A stretch of 64,000 nucleotides of DNA, taken from Ylistrum balloti. Lineage: Eukaryota. Below are positions 56,701 through 64,000 of the stretch, piece after piece. Below the pieces are notes generated by a model. That model was given only the letters and a program-made list of their open reading frames with translations, was not told where the DNA came from and did not search any database. Position 1 is the first letter of the stretch. Each line of letters opens with the position of its first letter. The stretch covers positions 806,001-870,000 of the forward strand of contig NW_026782351.1 of assembly GCF_031769215.1 (NCBI RefSeq), read 5' to 3'. The position numbers were made by a program, and so were the translations under genes.

Positions 56701-59700
56701 ATGTCACATTGTAAACTTTCTTGGACATTCAAGATGGATGCCATTTTGAATTTGATACTCGAAGTTATTCAGTCTTTCTAGGTCACCATAACAGAATCTC
56801 AGGGTGACCTTTTGTGATACCTTTTTGTTCGGCATTGTCAGTTGTACGTCAGTAAAATTATAACTTTTTCTACTTCTTCTGGAAAACCCCTGAACTGATT
56901 TCACTGAAACTTGGTAGAAACCATATATGGCCAAAGATTTACCAAAACTGTATATTGTATGGTCCCCTGAGGGATGGAGCTAAAACGGTCAAACTGACAT
57001 AAATTTCAGAAATCTCAATATCCAAATATGGTTGAATCAAGTTGTGGATGAAAGGACCCTAAGGTGTTTAACCAAAATTGTTAACTTTAATACTCCCAGG
57101 GTCTTGCATTTCCCCTTGGGAGGGAGTAAAGTTTACTATAGTTTATATAGGAAAATTACTTTTTTGAACATAATATGTTTATTTTTATTGGAAAAAGATC
57201 AAACTTGGTTAGAATTGTTGGTATAGAATGAGAATTTGATGTAATGCACTTATTGACCCTAGCCAAAAAGGGTCAAATTTACAGAAATTTCAAAAGTTTT
57301 GGGTAAAATCTAACACTCTTCATGGATGGAAGGGACATAAAATAAAAATTCTCAATTCCTACACAAATAACATTTCTCATCTGTATACTACATTCACTCC
57401 CGTTGTTTGTGAGTTAACTCGGGTTACTATTTAGGCCCCCTTGGCCTCTTGTGTATGTATAACTGATAGTGCTACAAATCTTACTAAGAACAATAGATCA
57501 TAGATTCATCAAATTCACCATGAATATCTTCTGCATTACAAACATTGCTAACTATGACATTACGTAGAACTTAGGGATTGACTCCAAATATCTATTTACA
57601 ACTGAAATAAAGTGTTTTAAATGTAAATTTCTGCATTCCCTTTCATAAAAACAATTCATTATGATTTACTAATGTGACTGTAGGATGATTGGCCCTGAGG
57701 ATCCTTGGTTTTCTGTTCAGGACTGAATACTGTAGCTCATTTTTATCTCTTTTTAGTTTACATGTATCAAGGAACTTCAGATCAAAAAGGTACATGTCAG
57801 AAATTCATACAAAACTGAACTTGCAAGAGGTAAGATTTCGCAGTTTTATTGACATCAAGGGGGCATTGTGTCTTAACAGCATTCACTATTTTATTTTTTA
57901 TTTTTCATAAATGTTGGTTACTGCTAATAATAACTTATTTTAGTGACCTACAAGTTAGGACATTTCATTGACCTTGACGTTTTGGTAATGTTTTGGGTTT
58001 AGTCAAGGTCATTACATTGACATCAGTAAAACTTGCCATCTTGACTTCAGACTTGCTATCAGTTGTGAAATTGGATCCTTGCGTTTGTTGAACTGAAAGG
58101 AAGGAATAAAAACATTAATTACTAATGCAGCTAATGCATTATTCAGACAGATGTTAATGAGTTTGACTGACTATTTAAGTGGTGTGTTACATCTCAAATG
58201 AATTTGTATCAGTATGTGGTATTAGTTGTGCCATTACTTTGCCTCTTTCCTGTGTTAATCGGTATTCATGCTTGTTTTTCAGTTGACAACTGTTAAAGCT
58301 CTACACAACTTTGGTCGTGCACATTCTGTTTCCATCAAACATGACAGTGGTTGGCACCTAGTGTTTTCAGGAGACACCATGCCATCCGACAGTCTCATTA
58401 GGCTTGGTGAGTTCCCCTCTCTTCTTGTTGAATAATTTAAAGGCTGCTTTAGAACAAACATTTCTTATTGGGTACAGGCCCATGTTCGGCATCCCATCCT
58501 CCTATTTTTCACATCTCCATTCAGCATTATTGTAAAAAGAAACATTGAATAAGAACTCATGCATAATGTCAGTTTTGTTTAAACTGCATTTATCTGTACA
58601 CCAGAATTATTAACAAAGACCATTAGATAATTTTTACTTTTGTGCTGCTGTTTAGTGTACAACACCATGTCTACGTACCTAATTGTGATATTATAATGAC
58701 CTGTTAGGTGTAGAAGATGTGTGAAGTATAGAGGGAAACAGCTCTTGCCCCATTACTGGTAAAATAGGATACATGTTCTCCGGTAATTAAAAGAAAATAA
58801 ACATTAAGTGTTTAAAAGTGATTCAAATGGGTAGAAAGTAAGTTGTGATACCTGCTAGAAAAAAATCCTTAAATTTGTTCACTCGGTAGAAAATCTGTTT
58901 TTTATTGGACAGGTTTTAGATGTGACATACTAATACATGAAGCCACCTTTTCTACACAAGCTGCAGCTGGAGCCAAGAAAAGTCATCACAGGTAAACATT
59001 ATCATTATTCACATTAACTAGCTATGAAATGTTTTGAATCTTTCCAAGTAATTCAGAATGATTCCTTGTCAGTTTTACAGCCAGCATGCAACTAGTCAAA
59101 GCCAGGAACAGTTCAACACTTGAAAATACTAACCTTTTGAGATTTTAACATCACTCTTTCTGACAAGTCAATTTGCAATGAAAATGTTATATTGCATGGT
59201 CACATAACAGTGTACCATGCAATGATATTTTTTCTCTTGAAATATAACAGAAAATGATTCATTCAATTACAAATAGAGCAAACACAGCACATGATGTAAT
59301 AAACAAAATCATACCACAGAATCTTAAACTTTCTTTAGGAAAAATATTTTAACAAGTCTCTGATTTCAGTACTGTAGAAGAAGCAGTGACAACGAGTAAA
59401 CGTATGAAAGCCAAGAAAACCATCTTAACTCACTTCAGTCCACAAACTCTACTGGATGAGAAGAAGTTGATCTTATCACAGACTGATTTAACGATTGCAA
59501 TGGACCATATGAGGGTAAAATTAGTTTTTGGAAGGAAGAAACAAAACATTATATTTTATCATTAATGCTTCAGTTTTTAGTTTTAAAAGTGTGTAATTAC
59601 ACCAATAATTAACACTATTGTTAATTGTTTTTTGTTCTTACCCCATTAGCAGCTAGCTCGCTACAGTAATAAAATCTCCTAAAAATCTGCCATTTTTCCT

Positions 59701-59912
59701 ACAGGCTTTTCTTGGTGCCTACTTTTATAAGTCGGTGATATTTTGTCAATTTATCAGGCTTTCTGAGAAAATGCTGGCATGTTTTATCCAAGTGATCCTA
59801 AATGTTATCATTCTTTTTATTTCAGCTTCAAAGGAGTGATCTGGAATACACACCTCTTTTCAATCCGTTTCTCCTGGAGTTATCAAATTATACGTTCTAC
59901 AGATGGCGTTAG
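44708..59912 (+). CDS. ELAC2: Divergent long-form ribonuclease Z (ELAC2/tRNase ZL-like metallo-beta-lactamase), 700 aa
   Basis: Exons: 44708-44937, 46547-46597, 47814-47884, 48305-48384, 49395-49431, 50117-50248, 50466-50533, 50938-50974, 51571-51718, 51867-52124, 53633-53739, 54727-54814, 55301-55439, 55727-55875, 57757-57829, 58283-58406, 58913-58991, 59370-59514, 59826-59912; sum 2103 nt, phases consistent. Motifs YLFNCGEGT, IFITVTNWENLGGL, LDCPD, YPVITFLGTG, LLDCGEGT, SHLHADH, FSGDT, IHEAT, HST, THFS, AMDHM. Ortholog versus paralog is unresolved. Confidence 0.9.
46796..47150. mobile_element. Helentron/HINE-like non-autonomous element
   Basis: Subterminal hairpin AGCCCACCATC/GATAGTGGGCT (46799-46824), then a GTCC-type microsatellite, then tandem core units. 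This is the usual HINE layout. Confidence 0.65.
48775..48940 (-). mobile_element. SINE fragment
   Basis: GC-richer block ending AAGGTGTCTTGCCCAAGGAC, a motif I recall from invertebrate SINE bodies. Not verified. Confidence 0.4.
49210..49275. repeat. Near-perfect 31-bp inverted repeat with a 4-nt loop
   Basis: GAACTGGTCAATCTGACTTGTATA (49217-49240), CTAT, then its exact reverse complement (49245-49268). Extends 6 more bp past one mismatch. Confidence 0.95.
52188..52316. repeat. 63-bp tandem duplication
   Basis: GGTATCC.GG.GACAAATAG.TACATGAATGTAAGGATGATTGACA at 52188 and 52251. Confidence 0.85.
52325..53480. mobile_element. Adjacent degenerate HINE-like repeats, with GGTCAAGGTCA motifs
   Basis: AAGTGACCTATT head, repeated GACCAA(A)TTTTGTC..AAGCAT units, and GGTCAAGGTCAAGGTCA runs near 53030 and 53313. 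Boundaries approximate. Confidence 0.45.
54889..55245. repeat. 31-bp minisatellite (TTCACTGSTAATGGTTATAAATAGGATGTGT) with longer degenerate flanking units
   Basis: Near-identical copies from 55050 at 31-nt spacing. Confidence 0.9.
56330..57240. mobile_element. Two HINE-like repeats (about 56330-56640 and 56775-57240)
   Basis: AA(A/G)ATGGCT.C.AG.AGCCA..TTGGATTTTG cores and subterminal inverted repeat AGGTCACC/GGTGACCT (56780-56810). Confidence 0.5.
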
Positions 59913-59951
59913 ATGACCTGATGATAAGTGAGATCTCAATGTATACTATAG

Positions 59952-60800
59952 CACAGGTGTCAATGAACATTAAAAATACACTAGTGTCCATGAATGGTGT
60001 ATCAATACAGAGATGTTTGTGAATCCTGTTACCATACAAAGAAGTCCATGGATGGTGTTACGATACACAGATGTCCATGGATGGTGTTATGATACACAGA
60101 CGTCCATGAATAGTGTTACGATACATAGACTTCCATGTTTGGCGTAACAGTACACCAAAGTCCATGGGTGGTGTTATGATACTCAGAGATCCATGAGTGG
60201 TGTAACGATACACAGAGGTCCATGGATGATGTAACAATACACTGGTGTCCATGAATGGTGTTACAATACACTGAGGTCCATGGATGATGTAACAATACAC
60301 TGGTGTCCATGAATGGTGTTACAATACACTGAGGTCTATGGATGATGTAACAATACACTGGTGTCCATGAATGGTGTTACAATACACTGAGGTCCATGGA
60401 TGATGTAACAATACACTGGTGTCCATGAATGGTGTTACTATACACTGAGGTCCATGGATGATGTAACAATACACTGGTGTCCATGAATGGTGTTACAATA
60501 CACTGAGGTCCATGGATGATGTAACAATACGCTGGTGTCCATGAATGGTGTTACAATACACTGAGGTCCATGGATGATGTAACAATACGCTGGTGTCCAT
60601 GAATGGTGTTACAATACACAGACGTCAATGAAAGGTGTTACAATACACAGACGTCCATGAGCGATGTTACGGTACACAGAGGTCCATTATTAGTGTAACA
60701 ATACACTGGAGTCCATTATTGGTGTTACCGAAGCATCTTGACAAGACTTCAACAAATCATGGTTTACACATGTCGATGAATGTGTTACATCAAACTTTGC
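59952..60800. repeat. 29-bp minisatellite with a homogenised 58-bp A/B dimer core
   Basis: GAGGTCCATGGATGATGTAACAATACACT alternates with GGTGTCCATGAATGGTGTTACAATACACT from about 60215 to 60620. Monomers are diverged on both flanks. Confidence 0.95.
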
Positions 60801-61899
60801 ATATAACTTGCCAATTTCCATATTTTGTGAGTTGCACCGCACAGGTGTCCATGTTGTACACTCGTACAATTTATAGTTACACTAGTTAGCCTATTGTGGG
60901 AGGTCCTGAAGACCCAGTAAGTTTCGCACCTCCTGTGCATGAAACAATCAAGATCAAAGCTAAACCTGTGATATTATTGTGAACTTCAGTCTTACAATTG
61001 TGTTAGTCTTTTTTTTTTATCTTAATGAGGTCATTACTGTTGGACATTAATTATGAAATATGGGTAATATGAATCTCCAATATTATCTTCCTACCTCAAA
61101 GATGAATTTTTACAGTGATGATGCAGGGATTTGAAATATGAGAGGATATATTCGTGTTTACACATCTTACCATATTCAGTGACATATTTGCTGATTATTC
61201 TCTTAGTAATGTGCATTACCGGTAAATGAAGATTAGGGATTGCAATTTTGATTTGTTTACATTAATGGCAATAACCTGTTAACTTTTCATAGGTGATAAC
61301 ACACAGTTCCTTTTGCCTGCTTGTAATTGCTATGAATAAACCATATCTTACCACAAGATTGGGGCTCAAAGACCAGAATTATACAAAATAATTTGATCTG
61401 TTTGTCTTATAACAGGCTTAACCAGCATGCCACCCACCATTCAGATTAATATTAGATATATTTCATTTAAGCATTACAGATTTTAATATACAAGGACATC
61501 AGTCAGATACATATATGATATATTGAAATGTCCAACCTAGTCATATTTTAACATTTGATTTCTCAATTTTAAGATATTTGCAATGAGTCATATTTACAGA
61601 GAGATGTATTATGTAGAGTACCAATCGAACTATTTGCGCTGTGAGATGTCAACAACACTTCTTATTTATTTGTATTATTTATATGTTTTAATGATGTATT
61701 TGTAATAAATGGAACTGTAGAGAAACAGTCAATATAGTTTGGTTCATGTATGCTTAAAACCAATCATGATAGTTATAGTCAGTTTCAGAAAAATGTACCA
61801 TTGGTTCATATATAATTTACTGTACCATCATGATAGTTCTAGTCAGTGTTGGAAATATGTATTCTTGGTTCAAATACAACATACCAGTCATGTACCAAT

Positions 61900-62700
61900 A
61901 AAGCAAGGACAGTTATAAAAAGGCTCACCAGGAGCTTGGACAAGATGGAAGCTGTTGGAGCAGAAACTTACATGGTATGATCTGTGGCACAAGAGACATA
62001 TGAGGATTTAATTCCTGCAATGATTGATTTTTGACGCTCTACCTTTACCGGGAATTAGCCGACATTCTTGTGAGATAAAAAAGAAAAGGAAGCTGCAGAC
62101 AAGGTACAAACCATCATTCATACGGTTGTAAAAGCAGGGGAGCAGGAAAATGATGCTGCAGCAGAAAACACTGACAATTGGGGAGAGGAACAGTCATGGG
62201 AGATGGGAGTAGACCTAGAGAAGAAACAGGTGTTTCTGGATGTAATGCAGACAACATATGTCCAGATGTGTTGATAGGACCCCATAATCCGGGCAGATAT
62301 TAGTCATCCAGCTGATTGTGCCCTGGGAGGAGTGATGTGACCAGGCTAATGAGAGGAAATGAGCATGCAGAACTCATGATATTGTGTAGGGAGGGAGAGT
62401 GACTTACTTGATCGTTTCCTGTAGAAGTAGGATGCAGAGAGTTCCCAACAACCTCAGCCTGGAGGACACTATAGACTTTGGGTGTATATGAGAAGACTGG
62501 TAAGATGGCAGTGTGCAGATTAGCTGAGGCTGCGGAACGTGCATCATGCTGGTTGTGGAGTAAACTGGAGGAGACTGGAGGCCATCCAATGATGTTTAAT
62601 GAGTTAATTGCCACTGTCAACCCATCAACATGAAGACGTTCCAGGACAAGGTTTGAAATGTCTAGAGGTTGATGAACCCGACTGTTTAGGTGCACAGTTA
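61900..62700 (+). mobile_element. Decayed HERO-like (R2 superfamily, RLE) non-LTR retrotransposon 3' fragment
   Basis: Broken frames give GAWTRW..KLTWYDLW, VVKAGE, SWEMGVDLEKKQVF, VIQLIVPWEE*CDQANERK, FPVEVGCREF, LAEAAERASCWLW. Multiple stops and frameshifts; the zinc-knuckle region appears deleted. Confidence 0.85.
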
Positions 62701-62861
62701 AGCCGGTTTCAGAAAACTATTCGAATGGATGCTAAATAGACATTTTGCCTTACTGGACTTGTCAGATACTATTAACAAATTTTAATGAAATGGCACTGAA
62801 ATTAAGTTGATAATTTCCTTAACACATTGATAGCTTATAAGTATGCAAGGACATAGTTTAA

Positions 62862-63237
62862 TACTACGTGCAAACAGCTAGATGGAATTGCTGCTACACC
62901 GCCGACGTCCTCAGCCAAGGCCATCCTTCATCGCGTGTTTCGACCCCTTACTCGGTACACTCTCAGGATGAGGGGTCCACAGTGGTGACCAGTCTCTGCG
63001 TGTCGGTGGTGGGTCTCCAGCTACTCTCGTCCCCCTTCATCCAAACGCAACAGGATGCCCTCTCTGCTGCCTGGGTGAGCCGCTGCACTGCCCTTCTTCT
63101 AGTACAGCCGGTAACACCCAATGCACTGAGCATTTTCCAAACAGATGCTGCTGGGAAGCCTCTACACCCAATCTCTACCGGGAAGTTCCAAGTTTTCCAG
63201 CCTTTCTCCCTGCATTCTGCTAGTAGCTCTTCATACT
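62862..63237 (-). mobile_element. Young 5'-truncated HERO-like insertion with a 22-bp target-site duplication
   Basis: Stop-free frame 63235->62963: YEELLAECREKGWKTWNFPVEIGCRGF...LTQAAERASCCVW...*. Exact AGTATGCAAGGACATAGTTTAA at 62840-62861 and 63238-63259. Confidence 0.92.
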
Positions 63238-63900
63238 AGTATGCAAGGACATAGTTTAACAATTCAAAAGTGACAAACTATCAGTAAACTATATATAAAT
63301 TGTATTTTATGTTTTGTTCGCCATGGTGATTAGTGAAGATGATTTATTGCAGTCTTGTACAATCCTTCAGCCGTTTAAGTTAGTTCTAGGTGATTTAGAT
63401 TATGATGACAAGGCAAAGAAAAAGAAGGCAAACAAATAGAAGCACATGGCAATGTCAGCTTTACAATAAATATTTGAATGTTAAAGTTTGGTATTTCATC
63501 TGAAGAAGTCTTGGGGCCGTACTGGTTTGAGAGAAAAGAGAAATTACTGACAATGCCTAGGCATCAGATATAATAAAACACTTAAATATCTTCTGATGAA
63601 CTGAAGTTTGTAACATATTTGACTAGTGGCCTCCTGTCACTGGCTCTGAAAATCATTTGGATTCACCTCATAAAAGGGGTACAAGTATAATATAGCTTAT
63701 TGACGAACAGTCTCTATAAACAGCAGTGTTTTCTCTCCACAACTGTGGTGGCATGACTAGCTTGTATATGGAAGAGCAGAATACTAAATACAGGTAAGTT
63801 TTCTATCTATTACACAAAACAAACTCCTGTACCAGTATTTCTAACTTTATTTTATAACTGTGAATCACGCTAAAACATGCTTCGGTCCATCTTCCAAACC

Positions 63901-64000
63901 AAAGGCTCAGTACTCCACAGAGTTGGTGAAAGGCTCAGCACTCCAGAGAAATGGTGAAAGGCTCCGCACTCCACAGAGTTTGTGAAAGGCTCAAAACTCG
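63901..64000. repeat. 28-bp minisatellite running off the right edge
   Basis: AAAGGCTC at 63901, 63929, 63957 and 63985. Confidence 0.85.

Noticed and set aside
59952-60800. CRISPR-like look of the 29-bp array, and ORFs 60058/60116
   Set aside because: Contiguous repeats with no unique spacers and no cas genes, in eukaryotic context. The ORFs are repeat artefacts offset by one 58-bp unit.
62300-62695. 131-aa minus-strand ORF
   Set aside because: Antisense shadow of the decayed plus-strand HERO copy.
62925-62975. HERO 3' UTR read as a hammerhead (CTGAGAG...GAAAC)
   Set aside because: Core lacks N7, there is no stem II and no UH triplet. Better explained as a retrotransposon stem-loop.
62868-63239. 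123-aa plus-strand ORF
   Set aside because: Antisense shadow of the minus-strand HERO endonuclease frame.

Overview
AT-rich eukaryotic genomic DNA with short GT-AG introns. The repeat content suggests a bivalve mollusc, possibly scallop-like (inference from remembered repeat families, not a search). Three complete multi-exon genes were reconstructed by hand with consistent splice phases: CNOT3 (minus, CDS 22365->5449), CEP131/AZI1 (plus, 24173-39456, head-to-head with CNOT3) and a divergent long-form RNase Z (ELAC2-like; plus, 44708-59912, 700 aa). A possible fourth gene touches the left edge. Main observations: (1) the RNase Z-L homolog keeps all metal-binding/catalytic motifs but lacks the tRNA-binding flexible arm, has a degenerate PxKxRN loop and HFSQRY motif, and has no basic C-terminal helix; (2) a minimal Penelope-type hammerhead ribozyme lies antisense in a CEP131 intron; (3) CNOT3 has a candidate mutually exclusive exon pair only 32 nt apart plus other cassette or poison exons; (4) two convergent HERO-like retrotransposon fragments, one with a perfect 22-bp target-site duplication; (5) several near-perfect hairpins, MITEs, SINE and Helentron-like remnants, and minisatellites. 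No rRNA, tRNA gene or CRISPR array was seen.
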